DNA from: Takakia lepidozioides
Lineage: Eukaryota > Plantae > Bryophyta
Direction of reading: 5' to 3'
Length of the DNA: 64,000 bases
Assembly: GCA_030704615.1 (NCBI GenBank)
Contig: CM060733.1
Coordinates: 29,512,001 to 29,576,000, forward strand
Shown here piece by piece: positions 1 through 11,931 of this stretch; the first letter of the stretch is position 1, and each line of letters begins with the position of its first letter. The notes under the pieces are model-generated. The model made no database searches. It was not told the origin of the DNA and was given only the letters and a program-made list of their open reading frames with translations. The translations under genes were made by a program, and so were the position numbers.

Positions 1-2476
1 ACTCATAAGACGTTATTAGCGGTAGCCTTATGGCCATTGACCCCGTGCCCAGTTGAAGCAGAACAAAAAGGGACATAATCTACCTTTGTCAGGGGCTAAT
101 GCCGGTAGTATGACTTCTCTTGGAACAGACAATTGATCTGAGTTTTCCAGATATCCTCTAGAAGTCCCTTTCCACAAGCATCAATCTGCTGTGTGTGATT
201 TGCCCAATAACTAGGCCCCAAAAGGGCCTGAGCTTTTGGCTCAGCCTCAAGATTTTCAAAGTTGGTAAACAGAGGTACAGGCACAAATCCCTTAATGGAT
301 TTGAAGAGGGTGTCACTCTGGTGAGAGTACCCAGGACAATGAATCAGGAAATGAATATTGTCTTCAGGTTGTCTTTCCTCTTTGCTTCCGTTTGCTGTTC
401 AAAGGTAGGCTTCCCGCTCCGAGTTTAAATTTCAGTCTAGTGCCGAAAGTGGGTAAACCCTTGAGGTCATCCATGATGGCCTTCCCCATGCCACAGACTG
501 GAAACAAGTTCAGGGAAGTTTTCTGCGTAACTTCATTTTCATTAGATTCAGATCCTTGAGAATCTCTTCCCCTCTTCCGCCAGGACTTAGCTTGTTTGGC
601 AGGGCGATCCTGCTTCCAAGATATAGAGCCGATTAACTTAGGATATCTGATATTAGTCATACATTGCAGCTGACCCCACCATCTGACTTTGAATTCATCT
701 CGTCGGGAGCTTAAGGGAGGGATGCCAAACTCACCCCGAACAGCCAGATTGGCTGTTTTGGAGCATTCTGACATGTACTCCTTAAGCACCCCCACTTGAA
801 TGGATTCTAGAGACTTAGCCTCGTTGGAATTATCAACCCACACTCCAGATGCGTACTCCAAGGCAGGCCTAATAATGCTTTTCTGACTTCAGAGTTGATC
901 CCTCTGCAGTGGAAAAATTTAGTGAGACCCAATGCTTTGCGCTTGCCAGATTGAACAACTTTATGAATATGTGCATCCCAATTACAGTTGGAGGAAAACT
1001 CAACGCCAAGGTATGTGGTAGGAAGGGAGGACCGGATCTCGCTTCCCCACTGCCACTTGAGATCGCCTCTGCCCTTCCCTCGGTTGTTGAATGCCACCTC
1101 TGCGCATTTACTGACATTAGCCTCTAGCCCGCAAAGGTCAAAGTATCTCTTCGCACAATCAATCAACTCCTGAAATTTGGGTGGAGTCTCCCCGCAACAT
1201 AAGGGCTGGTATGGTGGCATCACCCACCCCTAACCCAAATCCCTCACTTTCCACATCCTCGAGGAGTTGATTGCTGAAAACATTGAAGAGCAGAGGTGGA
1301 AGAGGGTACATCCTTGAGCTACACCTTGGACTATGTCAAAGAAGTTGGACTTCTGTCCATTAACGGTCTGAGTATACAAGTTATGGACCACTCTCCACAT
1401 CTTCCCCTTGATCCCCGATGACCAGAGCCGGAGACCATCTCTCCACACTGTGTCATAAGCCTTTTTGACATCCAAGAGAGACAAAAGTGGTTTGCCCTTC
1501 AACCTCTAGACTCAAGATCAACCTCGAGACGAGTACTTATAACTCTGCAAAATATCTTGACAACTGCATGGAGAAGCGTGATGCCTCGATAGTTCCCCAG
1601 CTCTTTTCTGTCACCTTTCTTGTATAGATTGACAATGGCCCCTGTCATTTCAGTCCTCCAGATAAGGTTAAAGAGAAGTACAAGGGCCTCTATCATGGGG
1701 TTGTCTCCGTGCTTGATAAGCTCATTGACTATGCCATCAGGTCCACCAGCTCTGTATCCATTTAAATGCTCAATTTCTTCCATAATCTCAGAAGAACTAA
1801 TGGGAGCGTTGTAACCCTTTGAAATATACTCCAGTTCATCAGGGCTGTCTTGAATCATAGGAACAATTTTTTCAACTGTGTCCTTCCATTCTTCAGATGA
1901 CCCTTCACTGTTAGACCTACAATTTCTGCCAAGGATACTGTAGTGGGTTTCAAAGGTTTTGACAATGTCAACCATTGAAGTCACCTCTGCACCCTTAGTA
2001 GTCCTCAGCACTTGTACTTGCTGATAATTTTCGGCTTGTAGAGACGTTGAGGGGCCAACCAGAATCTCTTGTCATTACCACGATGGTGGTTTCAGTTTAT
2101 TTCACCGTATAACTTGTCCAAACATAATTTCTTCGGAGACCTTACAAGCTGATTGATCTTTGCGGATCTGGTAGTACCTAGCCCACAATTCTTTGTTGGC
2201 TTTCAAATTGCGGCACACTTTATAGAGGACTATCTTGAGGGCTATCTTGAGTTTGATCTCATTAGTCCACCAATTAACAGCTCTACCGCAGACAATGAGT
2301 TTCCTTCCAATGATCTTGTCAGCCACAGAGGAGACGAAACTCTCCCAAGAATCCACCGCTCTTTCGACTTCATTTCTTGCATTGCCAGAGCGAGACTGAA
2401 GATCTTGGAGCGAATGGACAAAGTGAGGGAGAGCCTCTTGCGAGGCCTGGACATACTCAGCCTTGACCTCTTCATC
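1..2476 (-). mobile_element. LINE (non-LTR retrotransposon, RTE/RTEX-like), copy A: degenerate body with RT and C-terminal region
   Basis: Frameshifted minus-strand ORF fragments (IVNLYKKGDRKELGNYRGITLL, LDVKKAYDTVWRDGL, GVAQGCTL) are colinear with the better-preserved copy at 39131-41987. The element's 3' end (TTATGAGT) falls exactly at base 1. Several internal deletions are present. Confidence 0.95.
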
Positions 2477-3162
2477 TTCGGACAAACTGATTGGAGATGT
2501 CAATGGTTACAGATGGTTTGGTAAGATGTGTGCACTTAAGGTGGCCTCTGCCAAGCATGGTCAAAAAGTGTTAGCTTCTTTGCCCGTGATTTCTTGTGTG
2601 ACGACTGTGAAATTATCAACAAGAGTTTTGCAGTATGGGCACAGTATCTGGCTGAAACTGAAATTGAAGGGCGGCGTGAGTACGAAGGACCTATTTGTGG
2701 GTTGTGTTTCCATGCCCACAGAGGGGACTCTTAGTGCTGACGTAGACAAAGCCTTCGAAGACGTAAAGCTGGACTGTGCTAAGTTCCTCGCCAAAGGTCA
2801 GGTGGTCTTATTGGGTGACTTCAATGCCCAGGTGGGTAAAGGTCTTCATCAGGATGATGCCATCGGGCCTTTTGGTGAGGACGAACTGAATTCTAATAGA
2901 AGACGGTTAATAAACTGTCTGGAAGAACTTCAGCTTTTGACCTTAGGTCAAAACGAGACCAAGTGCAGTGGACTTGTGAGAAAGCCCAAACTGGGGAACG
3001 ATCCATAGTGGATTATATCATAACGGACAAGAATTTGTTTCCCTAGAGTGCCAATGTGTTGATCGACAGAACTAATATTGGTACCTCTGACCACTTCCTG
3101 GTTTGGACTGAGATCAAAAGGTGTTTCCCCAACACCAAGAGATCTGTGAAACGTTCGATTCG
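2477..3162 (+). mobile_element. Inverted 5' segment of LINE copy A encoding the apurinic-type endonuclease domain
   Basis: APE motifs IWLKL, VVLLGDFNAQVG and SDH(FLV) are on the + strand. Bases 3091-3162 match 39131-39202 of copy B, but are in the opposite orientation to the copy A body. Confidence 0.9.
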
Positions 3163-3295
3163 AGTTTTCTGTGCTACCCACTAGAATCTTTTCCTGGCTA
3201 TCTTCTGAAATCAGTGTATGGGTCATATTTTCTCTCTTCAAGAGAATGGATCTTTGACAACTGTATTTGAAGTTCTTTTACGTAACTTGGAGCAG

Positions 3296-5874
3296 GGCTT
3301 GTCAAGAGAATCAATGTGGCACTTGATCAAGCAAGGTGGGGACCCAGGACAGCTGAAGCACTAGGGGAGCTAAACTTGGCACTCACGCCCTATGTGGTTG
3401 AGGAGGTTTTGAGGCGTCAGAAAGATATAAGGTCAGCCTTTGGCTTCTTCAAGTGGGTTAGAGAGCAGATAGACTATAAACATACGGCCAATGCCTACAA
3501 TCTGATAATCCAGAGATTGTCTCATGCCAAAGAGCTTGAATCCCTTCTGGACTTGATGGAGGAGATGAGAAGAAGAGGTTTTAAGGTGACAGCAGGTACT
3601 GTACGTGTGATTCTTCTGAGTTATGGGAGAGCTAAGAAGCCTTTGGAGGCACTCCTTATATTCCGTATGTCGTGGCGACTAGGGTGCTGGCCTATTACAA
3701 ATGCATATAATCTTCTCATTGAGCTGCTTTTCCAGGGGGGCTACTGCCATACCGCCTTCCGCACATACCGCCAAATGTCCAAGATGGATTGCTTGCCAAA
3801 TGCCTACACTTTCAGTCTGCTAATTCATGGCTTCCGCCACGCTAAGAGAGTGGGGGTTGCCAGCATATTGTTGGGAGAAATGGGTCGAAAGGGTTTCTCT
3901 CCCAACATCATCACATTCAATGCTATGATTGATAGTCTCGGCAAGGAAGGGAAAATTGAGGATGCTAGAAATCTGTTTCAGGACATGACTCAGAAGGGAT
4001 CAGCCCCAAATGTTGTCACTTACAACAGCCTTCTAAATGCCCTAGGCAAAGCAGGGCAATGGTCTGAAGCGTGCAAACTTTTTGAAGAAATGAAGGAGTC
4101 AGGCTGTGTTCCAGATGTTGTGACATACAGCTGTCTCATCAAAGGTCTTGGCAAGGACAGCCAGTTTGAGCAGTCTGTCCATGTTTTTAAGGAGATGAAA
4201 CAGAGGGGATATCGTCCCAATCTGGTCATATACAACTCTTTGCTCAGTAGCCTTGGGAAGGCTGGGAAACTGGATGACGCTTGCAAGCTTGTGGAAGAGA
4301 TGAAGGGACAGGGATGTGCTCCGGATGTGTTCACCTACAACTCTCTTATCAATGGTCTAGGGCAAGCAGGAGAGTTGGATGCTGCGTGCAGGCTACTTGA
4401 GGAAATGAGGGAGAAGGGATGTTTTCCAGACAATTTTACCTACAATACCCTCATCTATAACCTTGGCAAGGTGGGCCGATCGAAACAGGCTTGCAAGTTG
4501 CTTGAAGACATGGAAGAGCATGGGTGTGTGCCTGATGTAGTAACCTACAGTTCTCTCATCACTGGCTTAGGGAAGTCTGGAAATGCTTTCAAAGCATGCA
4601 AGATTTTTGAGGAAATGAAGCAGAAGGGGCGTCAACCTGATATTATCACTTATGGTGCCATAATTGATGCTCTCAGCAAGGTGGGCAGGATGGATGAGGC
4701 CCGGGAAATTTTCAAGGAGATGAAACAGAATGGTGTGCCCCCAGTGCGGGTCACATACAACACTCTCATTGCAGGCTTTGGGAAAGTGGGGGATTTGATG
4801 GAGGCAAATGCCCTTCTTGTGGATATGAAAGCCAATAATTGTACACCAGATGTTGTAACCTATAGCTGTTTAATCAATGGCCGGGCAAAAGCAGGTCGCT
4901 TGGACGAGGCTTGCAAGCTTCTCAAGGAAATGGAGGCAGAAAGTTGTGTGCCAGACGTGGTTACTTTCAACTCCCTGATTGATGCCCTTGGTAAAGTGGG
5001 TAGGGTGGATGATGCTTGCAAGCTTTTCCATGAAATGAAGGCAAAAGACTGTGTTCCTGATGTGATTTCATATAACTCTCTCATCCATGGCTTAGGGAGA
5101 GCAGCCAGATGGGAAGAGGCTGGCAAGCTTTTCAAGGATATGAAGGTGAACAGGTGCAGTCCTGATGCAATAACGTACTGTTCAATCATTAGTCTTCTTG
5201 GTAAAGCTGGCCAACTGGATGAAGCCTGCCGGCTGTTTGCAGAAATGAAAGAGGAGGGTTGTACTCCCGACGTGGCTACCTACAATGCAGTTCTCAGTGG
5301 ACTTGGCAGGACAGGCCGGCTTGCAGAGGCCCGCAAGATCTTCAAGGAAATGAACGAAAAGGGGGTTGTTCCAGATGTTGTGACTTATGACTCTCTTCTC
5401 TCTGGACTTGGGAAAGCATGTGAAGTGGATGAAGCGTGTGAGCTTTTTCGAGAAATGATTGAACGGGACTGTATTAATGATTCTCTTAAGTTTGGCGAAT
5501 TTATTGAGACACTAAGCTATGCTGGGAAAATAGACAAAGCATGTGAACTATTTGAGTTGATTAAAGAGAAGGGAAAAGTTCCAAATGCCAATACTTACGC
5601 CGCCCTCATTGACGCCCTTGTCAGTATGGGCAGGATACCGGATGCTTGCAACACCTTTGAGGAGATGAAGGAGCACGGGGGCGAACCAGATGTTCCTATG
5701 TACACTAGTCTGATCAATGCTCTTGGGAAAGTCGGCCAAGTTGAAGCAGCATATGAGCTTTTTGATGAAATGACCGACAGAGGGCTGAGGCCTGCTGCTC
5801 GTACATACAACCAAATGGTCAGAAAGTTTCGGGGCATGGGATGCGTCCAAGTAGAACTACATGAAGCCTTTTGA
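3296..5874 (+). CDS. P-class pentatricopeptide repeat protein, large terminal exon (about 22 tandem 35-aa P motifs)
   Basis: Uninterrupted 852-aa frame of VVTYNSLI..LGKAG..DEAC.LF.EMK..GC.PD repeats, preceded by the usual 'WG...E.L..L...LTP..V.EVL' region. The frame has no ATG before that region and has in-frame stops at 3268 and 3283. A likely acceptor (ttggagcag|G) sits at 3295/3296, so the first exon is probably upstream of the window. Confidence 0.93.
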
Positions 5875-8243
5875 TGGTTGCATGGTTCTGTTATCTTGGC
5901 CGGGTGATCCACTTGTGCTACCTTTGATTTTGGAGTTATAACTAGATGATTCGACTGCGTTACTCCATGAGTGGTTGTGGCCAGTGGAATTGTAATTTGC
6001 AGAAGGGCTTCTGCTGCACAGGAGTCCCACCAATCCTGCTGGCATCTGCAAGCAAGCCCCTGGACTGAGAGTAGTATGAAAGCAAACAATTTCTTCAGAC
6101 GAGAGGATACTGGAGGCTGCAGTCAGTGGCCAGATAATCAGTAAAGCAGAAGCCTCCCAGCATTCTATGAAGGTGATTTTCATGCGGAACATGGCTTTTC
6201 TGTGAAGGTTGACTTTGCTCTGTGGTTGTGTGGACTGGACAACGGCTCAGTTTATCACAACTCAGCCCAGAAGAGAGCCACAGCTATCGGGGAATCTATG
6301 TATTGAAGAATCATGATTTGGGGCCTTCAAGTTTTCAAGGTGTGTTATAACAGATTTTTCTTTGGATCATGTAACTCTGTAGGTATAGAATGGTTGCCTG
6401 TCACAGTTGTCCCTTGCTAGGAGGGGGTTGCTTCCCAGACTAACTGCAGAGGAGACGCAGAAAAAGGGGTAGAAAAGGTAGGAAAACGCAGTTCTTTTTG
6501 CAAGTCTGATTACCGACCTCACTGGTTCCAGGTAACTTGGCATCGGCAATGGTATCATAGAAAATCTGTTTCAGGTAGGTTTTTTGTTTTTTTTAATTTT
6601 TCCTCAAAGCCTGTGCTGCATCTAAAGTTTCTTCTGGACAGAATGCAGAGAGGCTATTGGGAAGGGAAACGATCGAGAGAAATAAGACGCCCCTGTCAAA
6701 TCCTGGCAGCTGAATCCAAGAGACATAAAGGCATGGGGACAACCTCTGTAGACAACAGAGTCGCCGCAATGCACTTAAGGATTGCAACAGAAGCAGGCCT
6801 GAGCACCGGGGACATCAATGGGAGAGGCGGTTTAAGGCTGGGAGAAAAATCCCCAGACGTCTATGCACAGCGGATTGCTGAGCTCGGAGATCCCCATATT
6901 TCACGTCTCCATATCTCCTCTGAATTGTATGTAGCAATGCACCACAAATTCACAGTAAATAAGTTGCCCACCAGCGTGAGCCAAACAGACATTCTAGTCG
7001 GTTCACAATTTCCCAAAATTGGTGGCAAAAAGCCTTCTTCAACATTGTCTTTTCAAACTTCCTGTCCACTTCCATCTTTGATAATGACATCTTTGTTGCA
7101 ATCTCCAGCCTATGTTAATGACCAGGACGTGCTATGATAAATGAAAGATATGTTCAGCAAGGAGAATGGATAAAGACATTTGGACTCTTACACAAAGGCT
7201 CCGAGAAGTCTTACTTTGAGAGCGTCCTCGGTACCTCTACCATGGTTCTGTTGATATTTCAGAACACACAGAGTGGTGCGACACTAGACCAACTCAAGCT
7301 TGTACTTCAGAATCTGGAAAAATTCCCCCTCATGGCCGATATGAAGCAACCAACCAAGCTGTGTCACATGATCACCAATGGTACTTGGTAGCCTCTTCAG
7401 GGATCTGCAATATCTCAATAAGACAACCCAGAGACTTATCAACTGCAACTTGCATCCTTAAACAATATCAAAGGTCAGCCTCTCAACTGTTCCACATTGA
7501 CAAATTGCTGTTTTAGTTGAGAGTGACATGTGTTCATCTGTTGAACATTACAAAACGATTAGTATACTCCATATATATCTGTAAGGGGAGAAAGTATTTG
7601 ACTCAGTTATCATGCAGCAACATTTTGCTTCATCTCATAACTGGTTACCGTCAAATTATATATAATCTGAACCCATTTATGGTAGGACTTGCTGACTGCA
7701 TTCCACTCTTCTTCCTACACCTTTTGATCCCCCTTCACTCTGCCTGCGATTTCCAAGCCACAAATGACACAGTTGTCAGCAACAACAACAACATCATGCT
7801 TTCAAGTTGGGTGGCACCACAACTTTTTCTCTGGAAAGAACAAAACACTACCGAAGCACTACAGGCCCTGGTACACGGTTAAAGATATCAAGGATAGGTA
7901 CTCTTACATTGAACTTTCCAGTATGTAGTGTCATGTGGGAAGCAGTGGGAGGGACTCCAAAGCCTTTGTGGGTGTCTAAGTACCGAGCTTTTCTCTTAAA
8001 GATAAACATAGGTATTGATGGAAATTATAGAGAGCTCTGGGCGGTCGCTCCCAGGTCTGGAATAGTCAGTGGATAACTAAACGGTCCATGGTTATATGCA
8101 AATGTGTTTCGGCAACAACAGAGTGATTCCGAGACTGGCATCTAATAAGGTTTCTTGTTTTTCTGCTACTTTCAAGTAAATTGCTTCCTGGGATACTAGA
8201 AGTGGTGCGGTGGAGGACCTTTGGTGGGCGCTCATCAAACACT

Positions 8244-8426
8244 ATGGCGGCAGAGGAGGTGGAACAGGAGTACGAAGAGGAACCCCCATGCGAGGAGGTG
8301 GAGGGAGTGGTGGAAGGAAGTGGGGAGGAAGAGTCAAAGCAAACAGGTGAGAGTACGAGGAGCAAGAAATACCCATACGATGTGCCTGCGCCTGAAGGAC
8401 CGGATGAGTTCTTCCAAGAAGGAAAG
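8244..8426 (+). CDS. Putative first coding exon or uORF, acidic 61-aa peptide (MAAEEVEQEYEEEPP...FFQEGK)
   Basis: ATG in good context (actATGGCG), coding-like purine-rich composition, and a phase-0 donor AAG|GTAGGG at 8426/8427. No partner exon was identified with certainty. Confidence 0.45.
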
Positions 8427-9255
8427 GTAGGGGTGAACTTCAGGACTCGAAAACACAGTAGCTCAGTAAGTTGAATTTTTTATCTTCACGATCCTTTGCA
8501 TGGAAATCGAAGCTGTGGGTATCTGCATTTAGGCTCAAACCAACGATGCACACTTGGTCGACTCAGTGGCATCAGACAAGCACGCTTTGATTACAGAGAA
8601 AGTTGTTCATTTGGTCAATGACTCCTGGAGTGAACGCCTTTTGTCTTCTCCTATTTAAGGGAGAGGGCGGTGACAAAGGCTGGCTAATCTTTGCAGGGCA
8701 TACTGGCAAGGAAATAGGGCTTACTTGTAGTCATTGGGTGAGTAAACCCAATTTCGCAGCCCGGATGTGTATGTGTCCTTGTACCCAATCTCCTATGAAG
8801 TTATTGGGACACTGTCTCCCTGAGCTGGGTCACGGGAAGAGGAGATCCATAGCCTATTCTTTTGATCGTGTGAGAAGTGGACCAATTAGAGACAGTGGCT
8901 GGCAGTCAAAGCTGGTCTTGCTTCTGGGTGTTTAGGCACTGGGAGGACAACTCTTAGGTTCCCCTGCATATCATTTATGTAGTTCAGAGTGAACATCTCT
9001 ACTGGTGAAGACTTCCACCTTACCTACCTTGCTTCTGCAGCTATGGGTGTGCAGGTTCTATGCATTTTGGTTAGTTGATTGGTCTGGGCTTGACTTCCAA
9101 CAGGGGGAGGAAGAAGAGTGCGGGTTCTATCTGTTTATGAAGAGCTGGACCTTGTGGAAAAGTTTCTCTGTGGAGGAGCAGTATGTGGATGAAGCACAGA
9201 GCTCTGGCACTAGTGTTGTTGAGAAGTGTGTGCAAATGACATAGTTTTGGAAAGA

Positions 9256-11931
9256 ATGCATGGAATCCAATCCAGAATATTACGGGCCTGTACTCCAAGC
9301 AGAGAAAGCAGGCTTGCAGGGGTGAATCAGGCGCAGTTGCATGAGTTTTGCACCTCCACCATGACCACTGCTTTGGAGCGAGGAAAAAGCGAGGATGTCT
9401 CAAGCAACTCGAGTGTCACTTGTGGGGATGTGAGGACATTATGTGAGGCTGGACAATTGAAAAAGGCCCTGCACATTCTGAACCAAGGAGGCTTCTCCGC
9501 AGACTCCAATACTTACGTTTGTCTCTTGCAGGAATGCATCAAGATGAGGGGCCTAGCAGAGGGAAAGCAAGTGCATGCTCACATTATCCAAAGTGGATCC
9601 AAGTTAAACATCTTTCTACTCAACACCCTTATCAACATGTATGCCAAATGTGGGAGTGTGTGGGATGCACGCCTAGTGTTCGACAAAATGCCTGAAAGGG
9701 CTTTGTTTACGTGGACTATAATGATGGCAGGATATGCAAAGCATGGCTGTGGTAAGGAGACTTTGAAGCTCTATCAGCAGATGACACAGGAAGGGGTGAT
9801 GCCCGACAAGGTCACTTTTGTTTGTATTCTGAAGGCATGTGCCAGCCTAAGATCCCTGGAAAAGGGCAAAGAGGCCCATGGTAATATTATCAACTCTGGA
9901 ATTGCGCATGATATTATTTTGGACACTGCCCTTGTGGACATGTATGCCAAATGTGGGAGCCTAGGGGATGCACGGAAAGTGTTTGCCAATATGGTTCAAC
10001 GAAATGTGGTATCGTGGAACGCCATGATTGCCGGATATGCTCAACATAGGTGTGGTAAGGAGGCTTTCGAAACTTATGAGCAAATGATAAGGGAAGGGGT
10101 GAGGCCCAACAAGGTCACATTCAGTTGCGTTCTCAATGGATGTGCCAGCCTCGCAGCTCTGGAAAAGGGAAAATTGGTCCATGCTGACATTGTCAAAGCT
10201 GAAATTGAACCAAATATAATTCTGGAGACTGCCCTTGTCGACATGTATGCCAAATGTGGAAACATGAAGGATGCCCGTCAAGTGTTTGACAACATGGCTC
10301 ACCGAAATGTGGTCTCATGGAATGCCATACTGGCAGGATATGCTCAGCATGGGTTCGATTTGGAGGCTTTCGAGATCTATAAGCAGATGACAGGGAAAGG
10401 GGTGAAGCCTGACAAAGTCACTTTTATTTGCATTCTTAAGGCGTGTGCCAGCCAAGGAGCCCTGGAAAAGGGTAAGGAGTTCCATGGTGACATCATCAAA
10501 GCTGGAATTACAACAGATGTCATTCTCGACACTGCTCTTGTTGACATGTACGCCAAGTGCGGGAGCATAGAGAATGCTCGTCAAGTGTTCGACAAGATGG
10601 CTCAACGAAATGTGGTGTCCTGGACCGCAATAATAGCAGGATATGCCAACTGTGGGAGCATGAATGATGCACGTCAACTGTTTGACAGCATGGCTCAACG
10701 AGATGTGGTCTCATGGAATACAATGATCGCAGGATATGCTCAAAATGGGTTTGGTAGGGAAGCATTGGAGATCTATGACCAAATGATACAGAGGAAGGTG
10801 ATGCCTGACAAGGTCACCTTCATTTGCACTCTCAGTGCATGTGCCAGCCTGGCAGCCCTGGAGAAGGGCATAATGGTTCATGCTGATATTGTCACTGCTG
10901 GAATTGTACCTGATGTTATTCTGGAGACTGCGCTTGTCAACATGTATGCCAAATGTGGGAGTGTAAAGGATGCACTTCAAGTGTTCAACAATATGGCTCG
11001 ACGAAATGTGGTCTCCTGGAGTGCGATGATTGCAGCATATGCTCAGCATGGGTGTGGTAGGGATGCCTTGCACCTGTTTGAACAAATGCAAAAGGAGGGG
11101 TTGAAGCCAAATGGGATCACCTTTATATGTGTTCTCTCTGCATGTAGCAATGTGGGCCTAGTGGATGAAGGCTGTCACTGCTTTGATTCCATGTGCCGAG
11201 ACCATGGCCTCACTCCCACAGCAGATCATTTTGGCTGCATTGTGGACCTTCTTGGCCGTGCAGGGCGATTGGATGAGGCAGAGGGCTTCATTAACAAAAT
11301 GCCCACTGAACCAGGTGCTGCAGTATGGGGGGCCTTGATCGGTGCCTGCAGAATTCATGGGAATGTGGAGGTAGCAGAACGTGCAGCGAAATTCCTTCTC
11401 AAGTGGGATCCACAGGATGCTGCAACTTATGTGCTGCTATCAAATATCTATGCTGCTGCTGGAAGGTGGGACGATGTAGCAAAGGTGAGGAAAATGATGG
11501 AGGAGAGAGGGGTCAAAAAAGAGCCAGGGTGCTGCTGCATTGAGGTGGAGAACCAGGTGCATACATTTGCTGTAGATGATAAATTGCATCCACTAATTGA
11601 AGAAATCGATTCTGAGCTGAAGAGATTGTCTGGGAGGATGAAGGAGGCTGGGTATGTGCCTGACATGCGCTTTGTATTGCATGACGTGGAGGAGGAGATG
11701 AAGGAATTCTCTCTTTGCCACCATAGTGAGAGGCTAGCCATTGCTTTTGGGCTTATCAGCACCCACCCTGGGAGGGGTATCCATTTAACCAAGAATCTCC
11801 GGGTGTGTGGTGACTGCCACACTGCCACGAAGTTTATCTCCAAGATTGTCGGTCGTGCAGTTGTCGTACGGGATGCCAATCGCTTTCACCACTTCCAAGA
11901 GGGGGTCTGTTCTTGTGGAGATTATTGGTGA
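9256..11931 (+). CDS. PLS-class PPR protein with E1-E2-DYW domains (organellar C-to-U RNA editing factor)
   Basis: Intronless ORF with 18 P/L/S motifs, PG box (KKEPGC), HSE deaminase motif (HHSERLAIAFG), CxxC (RVCGDCH) and C-terminal CSCGDYW. First ATG is at 9256. Confidence 0.97.
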   Translation: MHGIQSRILRACTPSRESRLAGVNQAQLHEFCTSTMTTALERGKSEDVSSNSSVTCGDVRTLCEAGQLKKALHILNQGGFSADSNTYVCLLQECIKMRGLAEGKQVHAHIIQSGSKLNIFLLNTLINMYAKCGSVWDARLVFDKMPERALFTWTIMMAGYAKHGCGKETLKLYQQMTQEGVMPDKVTFVCILKACASLRSLEKGKEAHGNIINSGIAHDIILDTALVDMYAKCGSLGDARKVFANMVQRNVVSWNAMIAGYAQHRCGKEAFETYEQMIREGVRPNKVTFSCVLNGCASLAALEKGKLVHADIVKAEIEPNIILETALVDMYAKCGNMKDARQVFDNMAHRNVVSWNAILAGYAQHGFDLEAFEIYKQMTGKGVKPDKVTFICILKACASQGALEKGKEFHGDIIKAGITTDVILDTALVDMYAKCGSIENARQVFDKMAQRNVVSWTAIIAGYANCGSMNDARQLFDSMAQRDVVSWNTMIAGYAQNGFGREALEIYDQMIQRKVMPDKVTFICTLSACASLAALEKGIMVHADIVTAGIVPDVILETALVNMYAKCGSVKDALQVFNNMARRNVVSWSAMIAAYAQHGCGRDALHLFEQMQKEGLKPNGITFICVLSACSNVGLVDEGCHCFDSMCRDHGLTPTADHFGCIVDLLGRAGRLDEAEGFINKMPTEPGAAVWGALIGACRIHGNVEVAERAAKFLLKWDPQDAATYVLLSNIYAAAGRWDDVAKVRKMMEERGVKKEPGCCCIEVENQVHTFAVDDKLHPLIEEIDSELKRLSGRMKEAGYVPDMRFVLHDVEEEMKEFSLCHHSERLAIAFGLISTHPGRGIHLTKNLRVCGDCHTATKFISKIVGRAVVVRDANRFHHFQEGVCSCGDYW

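Noticed and set aside
6613-7391. 174-aa and 85-aa plus-strand ORFs
   Set aside because: No recognisable domain or exon structure; probably intergenic DNA or decayed transposon.
4020-11879. Many antisense ORFs over the two PPR genes
   Set aside because: Shadow frames produced by the repeated PPR codon pattern, with no independent motifs.
11521-11931. Possible U-to-C (DYW:KP) editing domain
   Set aside because: It has the canonical PG box, HSE and terminal DYW of C-to-U enzymes.
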